Positions 1 to 11,606 of a stretch of DNA of 64,000 nucleotides are shown piece after piece. The position numbers were made by a program, and so were the translations under genes. The notes under the pieces were generated by a model. It saw nothing but the letters and a program-made list of their open reading frames with translations. It did no database searches and was not told where the DNA came from. Source of the stretch: Podarcis cretensis (Eukaryota); contig OX638161.1 of assembly GCA_951804945.1 (NCBI GenBank), positions 15,190,001 to 15,254,000 of the forward strand, written 5' to 3'. How positions within the stretch are numbered: the stretch's first letter is position 1; every line of letters starts with the position of its first letter.

Positions 1-1877
1 GCATGCAGTACCTCCAAACTTACTCCCCCAACACCCACCCAAGTCTCCCCACTGGCCCAAACATAACCCATCTCCACTTCCCCAAAGAAACAAAAATTAG
101 AATGGAAAATTTAAAATATTCTTATTAATCTTTGGTTGGCATCCATCTGCCTCGGGAGACAATAGAGGAGTGCACCTTTGGGGGTGAACTCAATTTGTAT
201 CTCAGAAATACTGGTTTGTGTGCCATCTCTCTCCTTAGTGCTAATCTGCATACAGTTCTATGAATCCATCCCAAATCTGTTTGAAGCCCCCATCTCTCAG
301 AGAAACTTTTCATGAGCAGCCAGCAGCAGCGGATCATACATCCAACCCTTCCATCTTTGGTGTCATCCTAGATTTCCAGTGCCTCAAGATTATTCTTTTA
401 GGTTGTCAGCATGGCTTTGCTAAACCACCCCCTCACATGGTCCCCATTTATCTGATAAGTAGGCCAACTATCAGTAATCTCTGAAGTGCTATCCAAAACT
501 AAAATTCATTCTAGTTTTAAGTTCTTTCCAAAAAGAGGCAACAACAGGCACCGTGAAAACAAAGTAAATGACTTCACTCCAATTTTACATCACCAGCTCT
601 CATCATCGGTTTGGATCCCCAAGGCTTAGACCATGTGGGTGTCCAATAAGCCCTGCGGATTAACTTTAAGGGAAGAGCCAATGTGGAAAACTTGATATTG
701 CATACAGCAGGCCTGCAAAACACCGTCTGAAATTTCTTGTTGAGCTCTGCATTCCCCCGAAATCTGATTTCCTTTCTAAATTAGGGATTAGCTTGTTGTG
801 CATCACAGAATACAAGCGTTCGCTGGATCTCTGGTGGATCCACTGCATTGGGTCAAATGTTACCTCAGCTTTATGCTCATGTTGTACGTTCTGCCGCGAC
901 ACTCCTGCTGAAAGGATACATTTCTCCTGTAATGATTTAAACATGTATTTTTTTGGTCAAAATCTGTGAGCAGAGTGAAATATTAATTTCCACCCATGAG
1001 GCTTTTACTCTGTTCAACCTGCATACATAGCATAACAGTTATCTCTAATTACAGGAGAGTAAGATATGGAGGGGGGAAAGCAGAGCGTTCAGTTCTGAGG
1101 CGAGCACAATTTGAGGGAGACCTCTACAAAAGCTGGGCCGTGTTATAGCTATTTTTTGACATTCAGGTATCAATATGCCCGCCACAAAAATTGCCACGTG
1201 TTACATGGGGTTGGGCAGTTGATCGGTTTTGAGCCGCAAGATGGTTTTGTGACAGAAATGTTAGTGGGAAAATGATTGACAACAGGGGAGTGAACTGAGT
1301 GACTGGAGGAGTGTGGCAGTTGGGAAATGAGTTTGCGATTCTGAGGGGGAGAGAGAGGTGGGGGAGGGGCAAAGAGAAATGAGACAAGGGAAACCTTAAT
1401 ATTTGAAAGTTAGGATAGCTATTGGGACATTTAAGATATTGTTATGTGAGGTCAGGAAATGAGAACTTTTAAGAACTCTGTATATAAAGATGACTGGCTT
1501 AGAATGTTTCTTTTCTTCATCAAGCATCTATGTTTAACGGTCTGTGCTCTGATCTGAGAGGATCCCAAAGCAAATATAGATCCACCCACATATCTGATGT
1601 AGATGCGCTCAAGTAATAATATAAAGGGAGAGGCGAACTAACCTCTTTTGAGTCAATAGGTGGAGATGGCAGATACTTTGAGGGAAACCTTGACTCATTG
1701 GAGCAAAAGACAGGCTTTTTGCAAGGGATCCTGGGAAGTCACCATTTTGTGGGGTCTCGAAGCGCGAAATCTTAATTCCTATATATTAATAATGCGAGAG
1801 TAGAACCACAATTTAACAGCAATGTGGAATTCAAGGGTGCGAGATATTCATAAAGAGAAGCAGAAAGTTGGGAGATT

Positions 1878-1980
1878 CATGGAATTGTAGAGCCGACCCC
1901 TTGCCATGGAGGAATCTTTTGCCCAACGTGGGGCTCAAACCCACGACACTGAGACTGAAGACTACCAATGGAGCTATGCT
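1878..1980 (-). mobile_element. Degenerate tRNA-Lys-derived SINE with CR1-like tail
   Basis: The - strand reads ...tctcagtgtcgtgggtttgagccccacgttgggc (tRNA-Lys 3' half), with the D/anticodon region deleted. Confidence 0.55.
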
Positions 1981-2084
1981 CTCCATGAATTCAAAAGCTG
2001 GATATAGAGGAATGAGTGAATTTTGGAAACCAGGACCTTAAAGGAAAATGACACGGAACAAGTGCAGTCAAATGTTTGCCATTG

Positions 2085-2090
2085 TTTATT
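2085..2090 (-). terminator. Probable DBF4B polyadenylation signal AATAAA
   Basis: TTTATT on the + strand about 570 nt past the stop codon, followed by a GT/T-rich stretch on the - strand. Confidence 0.55.
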
Positions 2091-2660
2091 TCAGTTCAAA
2101 GGGGGCGCAGAGCAGGGGAAAAAAGCCACATAAAGAAGCACACAAATCAAAGGGCACTTGTAAGGATGCAGTTATGAATCCTGACTCCGTAGGATACTGG
2201 AGGAGAAAGGAAGACTTGGCGGTAGCCGGCCTGCAAGAGGAGTGAAGGAGAAAGAAGCTCAGAGATGGAAAGAGGCAGAGCAAAGAGAGGGCATAGGAAA
2301 TAGAGATGGAGGAGGATGCGGAGCAGAGGAAGCAGGCCTCTGGAAGTGAAGCCTAGCTTATCCAGTTTTCCACACAGGCCCCAACTGCTGTTGAGTCCCC
2401 TCCATCTCCATACAGCTGTTCCTGTAACCCTAGTCCTCCTTGCAGCCTGAGATCGGCTGTTTTCTGTAGGACCGCAGAACAGAGATGGGATTCATAGCTG
2501 CTGCCTCACACAGGCTGACGCAGGTCCCTAGCAGCGCAGCATCCGTCAAGCTCTTGAAGGGGCGATGGAAGGCAGTTTATCCCATTCTGACATGGAAGGA
2601 GGGCTCTTTGCCTCAGGAGAAAGACTAGTCAGTGGGCAGAGAGGAGCAGAGAGGCCATGG

Positions 2661-3489
2661 CTAGGGCCTAGGCCCAGTTGCTGAGGTAACACACCAAGCT
2701 AGTTCAGATATATCCAGGAAAGACAAGCAGTGCTGGTCCACAGAGCCCAGTAGCGTGGGGGCTATGTGCTTGCCCATGGGGAAGCCAGACATGCTTCTTG
2801 ATTCAACACTAGGGCTGGGAAAGTCCCAAGAAATGCATGCATCCTTCTCTTGATAGGGAGAAAGAGCAGCCACCTCGCCCTGGCCCAGCTGCTGCGCTGC
2901 GTCTTGGAGGCAGCCGGTGTCTATAGCAAGAGGCTCAGAAGACAGACTGTCCCAAGTTAAGTGCGAGGGGCCAAGGTTGCTGAATGGTACCGCAGAGAAG
3001 CCGAGGGGTCTGGAAGCCATCTGATTCGGAGGGCATCCTGTCGTGCCAGCCTGCTGGTTCCCAGGGAGCAGCAACTTCTCATCCGGCAACCTGTCATTTG
3101 AGGTATGCTTGGATAAGGCTCGCTTCTTTCTTGCCTGCCCGTGCAGGCTGCCGGAGAGCTTGCGTTTCCGAGACAGCACAGCAGGCTGAACTAAGAGCCC
3201 CCTCTCTTGGGGGACGGCACCGCGGTCGGCCTCAGCGGAGGCTGCAGCCTCTGAGCAAGTACTGGCAACCAGTCTGCCCGCTTTGTGATGCTCGGATGCT
3301 GACCCCAGGGATCCAAATGGCACTGGGGTGAGGAGCATCTCTAGGGGTAGCTCTGCAAGATGGAGAAAGTCTTGGTCCTCGAGCAAGTGAGCTGAAGCCT
3401 CTGGGTTGACAGTCTGTCCTCCAGCAAACATGCAATAGTCCTCCAAATGAAATTCAGAATAGTCACCACTGCAGGCACTGGGAGGCACC
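2661..3489 (-). CDS. DBF4B: DBF4B terminal coding exon (divergent C-terminal tail with RKRKL...RKKR)
   Basis: cttcctcttag acceptor, phase 2 matches exon 11, open 276 codons to TAG. Confidence 0.8.
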
Positions 3490-3814
3490 CTAAGAGGAAG
3501 AGAATATAAATATAGCAAATAAAGCACATTTGGGCCCCAGGTGAATATATTTTTCGTACCTTTTAAAAAAATAAATCATTATTTTAGTGTTCCCAAACCA
3601 ATTATCGGCTTCTGTTCAGTTCTTCTACTGGAAGTTTTAATTTTATCATATTACACAAAGAACAATGTCATTGGACTGCTTTATCGAGACTAAACGAAAT
3701 AAAATGGCCCCACCGTGGGTTTTGTTCTTCAGTCAGAAGCAAGACCATAAGACAGATGTTCTCCTGTATTTTTCAGCCACCTAGACAAACTTTTGTCACA
3801 AGCAATGAAGGGAA

Positions 3815-4690
3815 TAATAGAATTAAAGAACTGGAAGGGACCCCAAGTGTCATTTAGTCCAACCCCCTGCAATACAGAAATCTCATTAAAGCATCCATGA
3901 CAAATGGCCATCCAGCCTCTGCTTAAGAGCCCTCCACTTTCCGAGGGAGTCTGTTCCATTGTTGAACAGCTCTTACTGTCAGAAAGTTCTTCCTGATGTT
4001 TAGTCAGAATCTCCTTCCATGTGACAGCCCTTGAGATATTTGAAGAAGGCTATCATATCTCCTTTCTGTCTCCTCTTTACCAGGCTTAACATACTCAATT
4101 TCCTAAACCGTCCTGCAAAAGGCTCCAGGTGTGGTCTGACCAAGACTATTACTCCCCTTGGGGCAGCGGGTGGCGCTGTGGGCAAAACCTCAGTGCTTAG
4201 GACTTGCCGATCGTATGGTCGGCGGTTCGAATCCCCGCGGCGGGGTGAGCTCCCGTCGTTCGGTCCCAGCTCCTGCCCACCTAGCAGTTCGAAAGCACGT
4301 CAAAGTGCAAGTAGATAAATAGGGACCGCTTTACGGCGGGGAAGGTAAACGGCGTTTCCGTGTGCTGCGCTGGTGCTGGCTCGCCAGTGCAGCTTCGTCA
4401 CACTGGCCACGTGACCCGGAAGTGTCTTCGGACGGCGCTGGCTCACGGCCTCTAGAGCGAGATGAGCACGCAACCCTAGAGTCGGACACGACTGGCCCGT
4501 ACGGGCAGGGGTACCTTTACCTTTTTATTACTCCCCTTGATTAGTATTTTTGGCTGCTGCATCACACTGCTGATTCATGTTAAGCTTGTGGTCTAGTAAG
4601 ACCTTTAAATTCCTTTTACATGTACTGCTGGGAATCCAGGATTCTGCTGCACGAAGAAGTGCTTCCTTCTGTCCATCCTGAACTTCCTGC
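3815..4690 (-). mobile_element. CR1 LINE 3' remnant, interrupted by a SINE
   Basis: Peptides VLVRPHLE and KRRQKGDMIAFFKYLKG resemble the CR1 ORF2 C-terminus; CR1-type 3' tail near 3820-3870. Boundaries approximate. Confidence 0.8.
4161..4525 (+). mobile_element. Sauria SINE, subfamily B
   Basis: gcgggtggcgctgtggg head, acctttacctt tail, 14-bp TSD tattactccccttg. Confidence 0.92.
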
Positions 4691-4848
4691 CAAGTCAGTT
4701 TCTACAACTGTAGCCATGCAGCAGATCAGAATCCCTGAATATGGCCACAATACTCATCAGATTTATGAAGTGATTCCTCAGTCCTTCAAAAAGAGCTGGA
4801 TACTTATAACTCTTCACCCCCTCCAAAACCCATGAGTTAAACTTTCAC

Positions 4849-4970
4849 CTCAGTGGTGGAGAGGAGGAAGAAACCACAAAGTCATTGGTCAGTTGAGAGA
4901 GGATGCTGTCCACGAGAGTGTAGTGGGACGGATCCAGTGCAAATTCTTTATGCCGTTGACTTTGAAGGTG
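4849..4970 (-). CDS. DBF4B: DBF4B coding exon 11 (zinc finger His ligands: HLQSQRHKEFALDPSHYTLVDSILSQL)
   Basis: ttgcag acceptor, gtgaaa donor, 122 nt. HLQSxxH..FA completes the CCHH finger. Confidence 0.95.
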
Positions 4971-5691
4971 CTGCAAAAGGCAAAATGGCTGCATCAGAGG
5001 CAATGGGAGAGGTCTGAAGATGGGAACGAAATGAAATATTCTGTACCAGCAAACCTCTTCATTTAAGCATCCAGACAAAATAAATAAATGAGGAATTGCC
5101 TTGTTTAGGAGCTGGGAAGACTGATACAACCTCAGGAGCTTACCTACCAAAGAAAAGCTGCTTTGATGGGGAGATGGAGAAGGAGACTAGAAATGCCAGA
5201 GGAGAGGAAGTAATACTAAATCAGTGCCCAACTGAATACATTTGTGCCAATATTTAAGGAACTGGACCAATTTGGGGGTTTGCATTCTGCGCAACAGAAA
5301 ACCACTGGTCTCCAAGGAAGTTACCAGACTTTTAATTCTCAGGAGGGATAAACAGAGGCATGAGGACTTGTCCCTCCTCCCAGTCTATTCAGCACTGAAT
5401 GCATTTATTATTCAGTGACATCTGCACTACCAGGCCTGGGAGACATTAGTACCCAGAACTGTGCATATGCTGGGATTCTGTAAGAGCACAGAATGCAACA
5501 CTATCACAGAACGTATCTTCCTGAAAAGCTCAGCTTCTTAAAAAACACAAGCAGATTTATCCCTTATGCTGCAAAGATGAGCCTGTTAGTACATGGCTAA
5601 TGGTGCTGATGTCTCCAAAGCCAGACAGTTGGCTGAATGAGAGCTGGGTCTGAAATTCCAATGGGAACTTTTTGCAGATCTTCAAAGTGGT

Positions 5692-5695
<4 letters not shown>

Positions 5696-5732
<37 letters not shown>
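5696..5732. repeat. (GT)n microsatellite
   Basis: Read directly from the sequence. Confidence 0.95.
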
Positions 5733-5735
<3 letters not shown>

Positions 5736-5876
5736 GGCAATACATATTCAGGGGATGGGGGGAAATTGTGAAATTTTTGGAGTGGCAAAGAGCTTTACCT
5801 GAAAAACGGCAGCAGCAACAAAGGCTTTCTATTTCCTTTATAAAAATGGAATTCTATTTCGGCCCACCTCCATATA

Positions 5877-6118
5877 CAGTGGTACCTTGGGTTATAGATG
5901 CTTCAGGTTACAGACACTTCAGGTTACAGACTTCGCTAACCCAGAAATAGTACCTTGGGTTGAGAACTTTGCTTCAGGATGAGAACAGAAATTGTGTGGA
6001 GGCAGCATGGTGGCAGCTGGAGGCCCCATTAGCTAAAGTGGTACCTCAGGTTAAGAACAGTTTCAGGTTAAGAAAGGACCTCTAGAACGAATTAAGTTCT
6101 TAACCCAAGGTACCACTG
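5877..6118. mobile_element. Tc1/mariner-superfamily MITE, family 1
   Basis: Terminal inverted repeat (TIR) CAGTGGTACCTTGGGTTA; TA on both sides. Confidence 0.9.
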
Positions 6119-6519
6119 TACAATTCACCTGGAACAACACTATGCTGTGATGCAAGGCCACTCGGAGGTGTCACTGAAGGGCAGATGTGGCCACCAGCTG
6201 TTTCGAGGATATTTGGGATAAAGCCATTCTTCTGGTGAAGCTCTTCACCACTGAAAATTTAATATTCTCCTCATGCCTCCTTCAAAAATTGCAGAAATCC
6301 CCCAAATGCTGCCATGGCCTGCAAATAGGTTTACAAAAAGAGCAGGGAACATTTTCAGCATAGCACTAGGCTGAACATGATATAGATTGGTATATGAAAA
6401 GGCTTTAGTACCCTGCCTAGCTTAGACTTAGTACTACAATGGAGCAAATGTTATATCCTCCAAGGCCGAAGCTGCAAAGCCTGGTGTAGCTTTAGTACAT
6501 GCAGTTCAGAATGTAGGTA

Positions 6520-6761
6520 CAGTGGTACCTTGGGTTACATACGCTCCAGGTTACATACGCTTCAGGTTACAGACTCCGCTAACCCAGAAATAGTGCTTCA
6601 GGTTAAGAACTTTGCTTCGGGATAAGAACAGAAATCGTGCAGCGGCGGCACAGTGGCAGCAGGAGGCCCCATTAGGTAAAGTGGTGCTTCAGGTTAAGAA
6701 CAGTTTCAGGTTAAGTACGCACCTCCGGAACAAATTAAGTACTTAACCTGAGGTACCACTG
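6520..6761. mobile_element. MITE family 1
   Basis: Same TIR and internal sequence as 5877-6118. Confidence 0.9.
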
Positions 6762-6782
6762 TTATCCCAGGACTGGGCAGAC

Positions 6783-7041
6783 CCGTATTTTTTGCTCTAT
6801 AAGACGCACCAGACCACAAGGCACACCTAGTTTTTGGAGGAGGAAAACAAGAAAAAAAATATTGTGAATGTCAGAAGCCAGAACAGCAAGAGGGATCGCT
6901 GCGCAGTGAAAGCAGCAATCCCTCTTGCTGTTCTGGCTTCTGGGATAGCTGCACAGCCTGCATTCGCTCCATAAGACGCACACACATTTCCCCTTACTTT
7001 TTAGGAGGGAAAAAGTGAGTCTTATAGAGCAAAAAATATGG
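6783..7041. mobile_element. Pogo/Tigger-like MITE, family 2
   Basis: TIR CCGTATTTTTTGCTCTATAAGAC. Confidence 0.85.
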
Positions 7042-7099
7042 TAAGTGGGCTTGTTCTCCTTCAGAGGAAGCCCGGGTCTGGGGCAAGGGACTTTCTTAC

Positions 7100-7220
7100 C
7101 GTCTGCAACTCTGCGAAGACTTCTTCACAACATTCACAGTAGCCTTTCTGTGGTTTGGGCATGATACAGCAGGCCGAAGGAGGGAAGAGTTTATTGGGTG
7201 ACCGTTTGCTTCCAGGTGCT
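7100..7220 (-). CDS. DBF4B: DBF4B coding exon 10 (zinc finger motif C: KGYCECCEEVFAELQT)
   Basis: ctgcag acceptor, gtaaga donor, 121 nt. KGYCECC is the DBF-type zinc finger signature. Confidence 0.96.
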
Positions 7221-7522
7221 CTGCAGAAAGGGCAAAACAAAGGTATTCAGGACACTCCATTCCCCTGCTGCACAAACCCCGTATCCTACTTTGTTCCCCT
7301 CGCCTTCAGATTTGTCGACACAATTTAAATCTTTTATAGACTCCTCAGCACTTGCGGGTCCCATCCAGGACTATCTTTGGTTTCTGAACTTCAGGCCTGC
7401 CCAACAATATTTTTGTGGCTTCCCTTTCTACACCTGCGGCAAAAATAGCTGGTGCTATAGGCAGGATTCCAGTGTATTTACCTGGTTTCCCCACCACATA
7501 GGCAGATTTGATTTGTCCTGTA

Positions 7523-8004
7523 CAGTGGTACCTCGGGTTAAGCATTTAATTCATTCTGGAGGTCTGTTCTTAACCTGAAACTGTTCTTAACCTGAAGCAC
7601 CACTTTAGCTAATGGGGCCTCCTGCTGCTGCCGCACCACCGGAGCCCGATTTCTGTTCTTTTTTAAAAAATAATAATAATATTTATTCCAATTTTAAAGA
7701 TTACAAAAAGAAAACACTAAATTAAGCAAGAAAAAACAAAACAATACATCACATAAATACAGACAAGCAGAAAATAAAAAACCCAGAAAAATACAAACAA
7801 TTAAGAAAAAAGAAAAAAGAAAAAGAAAAAAACAAGTCAAACCTTCCCATAACTTATTTTTCATTTGCTTGTTTCCTTGACCTCCTTGATTTCTGTTCTT
7901 ATCCTGAAGCAAAGTTCTTAACCTGAAGCACTATTTCTGGGTTAGCGGAGTGTGTAACCTGAAGCGTATGTAACCTGAAGCGTATGTAACCCGAGGTACC
8001 ACTG
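7523..8004. mobile_element. MITE family 1 carrying a LINE 3'-end insertion (7661-7887)
   Basis: TIRs with TA; internal insert flanked by the 13-bp TSD gatttctgttctt. Confidence 0.9.
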
Positions 8005-8084
8005 TATATTTATTGGCAGAGCTTCCTAAGTTTTCCTCCCACGCCATTAGCTACCTTACCCACCTGTCCCCCACAAACACTTAC

Positions 8085-8192
8085 TTTGAGCTGGAAGAGG
8101 TTCGTGGGGGTTGAAATGGGCTATGTCTTCTCAGCGGCCGGAAATACAGTTGGGGGAAATTCTTGAATTGTTGAAAGAATGGCCTGAGTTGC
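8085..8192 (-). CDS. DBF4B: DBF4B coding exon 9 (motif M: QLRPFFQQFKNFPQLYF...SPFQPP)
   Basis: tctag acceptor, gtaagt donor, 108 nt, phase 2/2. Confidence 0.95.
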
Positions 8193-8581
8193 CTAGACAG
8201 AGCAAAAAAGCTCTCAGTAAGTACTTGGGAAATGAACAAGAAAGGCCCTTGGGAAGGCAGCATGTACAGAGATCCAGCTACAGGACCTTCATGGAGGGAT
8301 AGCTGGGAATCATGCCAAGATGGGAGACGTCATTGCCCACTTTATTCCCCTAGACCTCTCAATGGGTTTACCAGAGAAATCCGTACCCATACCCTGCATT
8401 ATGTGGGAAAGATTGAAGAGTTTCTACATCAGAGGCCAGGGCAGGGGAACTGGATCTGGCTAGTGAGTCAGATCTAGAACTCCCCCATGGACTGCTTTGA
8501 CAGAGCCAGGTGACATCAAGCTTCCAGTCTTTGAGAAATTAATAGGCAGGGGAGAGTCCCGTGACTCTCCATGACTCTTAC

Positions 8582-8627
8582 CTGCTCTCATCTTCAATTT
8601 TCAGGAATGGAGCTTTCAGCCTTACTA
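8582..8627 (-). CDS. DBF4B: DBF4B coding exon 8 (motif M: VRLKAPFLKIEDESR)
   Basis: cccag acceptor, gtaaga donor, 46 nt. Near-identical to human RLKAPFLKIEDESR. Confidence 0.96.
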
Positions 8628-9379
8628 CTGGGAAAGAAACAGGAGAAGAAGAAAAGCAATTGTTGGCAGCTCTCGTTATTAAAATATCAGAGGAAAGATG
8701 GATACAGCCACCACCATCCCAGACTTTGGATTAGTGGAAAGGTCACAGGAAGCTAGGTAGCCCGGACACTTCTCTTTAAAAAGCTAAGCATCAAGTCATT
8801 ACAGATTTGTGGAAGTCAGGAGGTGGGGGAGGAGGGGGGAGGATTGCAGTTAAGCAGCCAGCTCTGGGGGGAAACAGCTGAGCAAGCTGTTGCAGGTGAC
8901 TGTTACTTAAACACTGTGCAACAAGGCGATTATTATATTAAAACAACAGCCTGCCTCATGGGCAGGCACCGTGCCAACACCATGCCAACGCTGCATTGTT
9001 AGCAAGTGGGAGACAGTCCAGAACTGGCAGCCACAATAGCACATCTCCAGGGAACAGGAGATGTGGCTGGACCTTGTCACCAGCACAAAGGAAGCCCATC
9101 AGCAGTTTTAAATACCAAGGGAACACTGGAGATTTCCCTGGAAGGGGGGGAAGAGGCGACAGAGAGAGCAAATAATGTACAGTGAGCTGTATATTTTTAG
9201 GACCCGTTTTATGCTTGTGATTGGAAGTTGTTTTAAATTGTTTTTAGTATTGTGTTTTAATTGTTATAACCCATCCTGGGACCTTAAGAGTGAAGGATGG
9301 ATAGATAACAAACAACAACATCACCATGGCATACAAAGCATATGCTAAAATGTACACAAGAAAAATAAATAAGTTAGCA

Positions 9380-9976
9380 CAGTGGTTTTCAACCAGTGTT
9401 CCATGGCACCCTGGGGTGCCTTGAATGATGGTCAGGGGTGCTGCGGGCAACAGTGGCCTCTGTCCCTCTTTCTTTCCCTCCCATCTCTGATGCCCTCTTG
9501 CATCTCTGCCTCCCAAAGGCTTGCACAGTTGTTTGTTGCAGCAAACCTGGCTACAAGCTCCGCAGGCAAATGGTGCCTCAGGGCTGGTCAGGGGGTGCCG
9601 GTTGCCAGAAGCTGAAGTGGCCTCAGTAAGCAAGCAAGCAGGCAAGGCAGCCCAGCCAGCCAGTCCCTGCTGTTGGGAATGGACAGACAAGCCCCAGGTC
9701 CCTGTGGGGCAGTATGAGAAGGCACCTCTCTTTGGGGCAGGGCGGGCAGCTCAGAGACCAGGGGCAGCAGCAACGACTGCCTGGAGGACTCCCAAGGAGA
9801 GAGGAGAGGAGGCTGAGGAAACGCCCCACAAGGAAGGGTGTTCGATAAAGAGTGAGAGGCTGCCAAGCTCTGCAGGGAAGAGGTGACATAACTGGGCTCC
9901 TGAGACCCACAGGGGTGCCACATAAATAATTGGTTGGTCAAGGGAGCCGCGGACTCGAAAAGGTTGAAAACTTCAG
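9380..9976. mobile_element. hAT non-autonomous element
   Basis: CAGTGGTTTTCAACC-type TIR; 8-bp TSD agttagca. Confidence 0.85.
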
Positions 9977-10414
9977 AGTTAGCACAACCCAGTGTAAGGT
10001 CCTAGCTCTTTATTATTGCTAGGCTTGGAAACATGCAACACTTGTTTGGAAAAGCAAGATGAAGTGATGGGACTTTAACTGATCTGGACAATGCTGTTTC
10101 CTACTCACAGATCTGCAACTTTTCTTCCTGTTTCTTGTCTGCAGCCAAATTTTCTCCCTCCAATTCAGAGTTCTGTTTTTTTAAGTGTTCAGAATTGGAA
10201 CTGACTCAAGTCTCTTTATTTTGCATGAAGTGATTGATATACGTTTTCTTGTAGCAAACCTCTCTGGCTTTCTCTCCCCGTCTCATTTAAGCACAGAGTG
10301 TACATCACCAAACTGCAATATGAATTTTGGAGTTTATGCAAGGCGATGGGAGGCAGCAGGTGACAACACAGGGCGCCCCCTGGCCTCCAGCAACACTGAA
10401 ACCTCCATGCTTAC

Positions 10415-10451
10415 CTTCCGAAGGCTGGAACCCAGAAGCAACCAACTTCAC
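10415..10451 (-). CDS. DBF4B: DBF4B coding exon 7 (VKLVASGFQPSE)
   Basis: ttag acceptor, G|gtaagc donor. 37 nt, phase 0/1, bridges exons 6 and 8 in frame. Confidence 0.75.
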
Positions 10452-11122
10452 CTAACCCAGGGGAAATACACAGTAAGAGATGTCAGGACAATGAATGTGC
10501 AGCAAGCATTAAAAAGGCTGACAGAGGCAGGCAAAAAAAAAAAAAACCCTAAATGCACACGGCAGCAGGTCTTCAAGGTTTCTGGCAGCTGGTCCCAGCA
10601 GCACTGACCGCCAGCGCATGTAGCAGATGATGTGTCCCACACATTCTCCCAGTGCCAATGGTCAGGGAACATGCTTGTTCACATGGCAGTTTATGTAACA
10701 CCAGAGCATATGAAAGTGGGTTATGCTGGTGTGCTCTAGAACTAGAAACCACAACCCCTGGAAGAGGCGGACCTCTGTAGTCTCCCCAAACCCAGGTTCA
10801 AATTCTCAGTCTTCTACCCCACAGTTACATTGTGCTTTTGAGATATGAAATGATCTCCTAAGAATTGGCAAATGCCTGGAAAACAGCCTCAAAAGTCTTC
10901 TAGCTAAATCTCTCCTGCTCTGGGGTGCGACAAAAACCGAGTCCGTTTGTGGGAAGCCAATAGGGCCACAATCATTTCAGTCGTGCGGGCACCTAACCTC
11001 CCAGGCAAATGGTGTCAATCAGCCACAGAAAGAAAGGCCATGATTTATCCTGCCCTTCCTGCTGTAGGGCAGGATTAACCACATCTTAAGCATGGCATTT
11101 CCTGGGCCTGTTACGATCCTGA

Positions 11123-11472
11123 GGGACGTGGGTGGCGCTGTGGGTTAAACCACAAAGCCTAGGACTTGCCAATCAGAAGGTCGGCGGTTCAAATCCCCAC
11201 GATGGGGTGAGCTCCTGTTGCTCAGTCCCTGCTCCTGCCAACCTAGCAGTTCAAAAGCACGTCAAAGTGCAAGTAGATAAATAGGTACTGCTCTGGCAGG
11301 AAGGTAAACGGCATTTCCGTGCGCTGCTCTGGTTTGCCAGAAGCGGCTTAGTCATGCTGGCCACATGACCTGGAAGCTGTACGCCCGCTCCCTCGGCCAA
11401 TAAAGCGAGATGAGTGCCGCAACCCCAGAGTCGGTCACGACTGGACCTAATGCTCAGGGGTCCCTTTACCTT
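11123..11472 (+). mobile_element. Sauria SINE, subfamily A
   Basis: Full length; 37-bp flanking duplication at 11086-11122 and 11473-11509. Confidence 0.93.
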
Positions 11473-11553
11473 TTAAGCATGGTATTTCCCGGGCCTGTTA
11501 CGATCCTGAAATCATAAAAGCTGCACAAAAATGTACCTCTTAACGTTACAAAC

Positions 11554-11606
11554 CTTTGCCGTGGAAGGGTGCTTCTTAGACAACAATCGTATGTAGGACA
11601 GCATTT
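11554..11606 (-). CDS. DBF4B: DBF4B coding exon 6 (EMLSYIRLLSKKHPSTAK)
   Basis: U12 branch TCCTTAAT followed by ctcag acceptor. G+AA completes Glu as in human E-MMMHV. The AAG|gtttgt donor is the phase-compatible choice. Confidence 0.8.

Noticed and set aside
470-1850. Possible exons of a further gene or a transposase remnant left of DBF4B
   Set aside because: No translation I could recognise and no consistent splice pattern; left unassigned.
1918-1980. Possible tRNA-Lys gene
   Set aside because: D-arm/anticodon region is deleted and a LINE-like tail follows, so it is a SINE remnant.
5877-8004. Recurrent acgcttcaggttac repeats that could look like a CRISPR array
   Set aside because: They are subterminal repeats of dispersed MITEs, with no unique spacers, in a vertebrate genome.
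11537-11553. Alternative exon 6 donor AAGAG|gtacat at 11536
   Set aside because: Gives phase 2 and an immediate TGA on joining exon 7.
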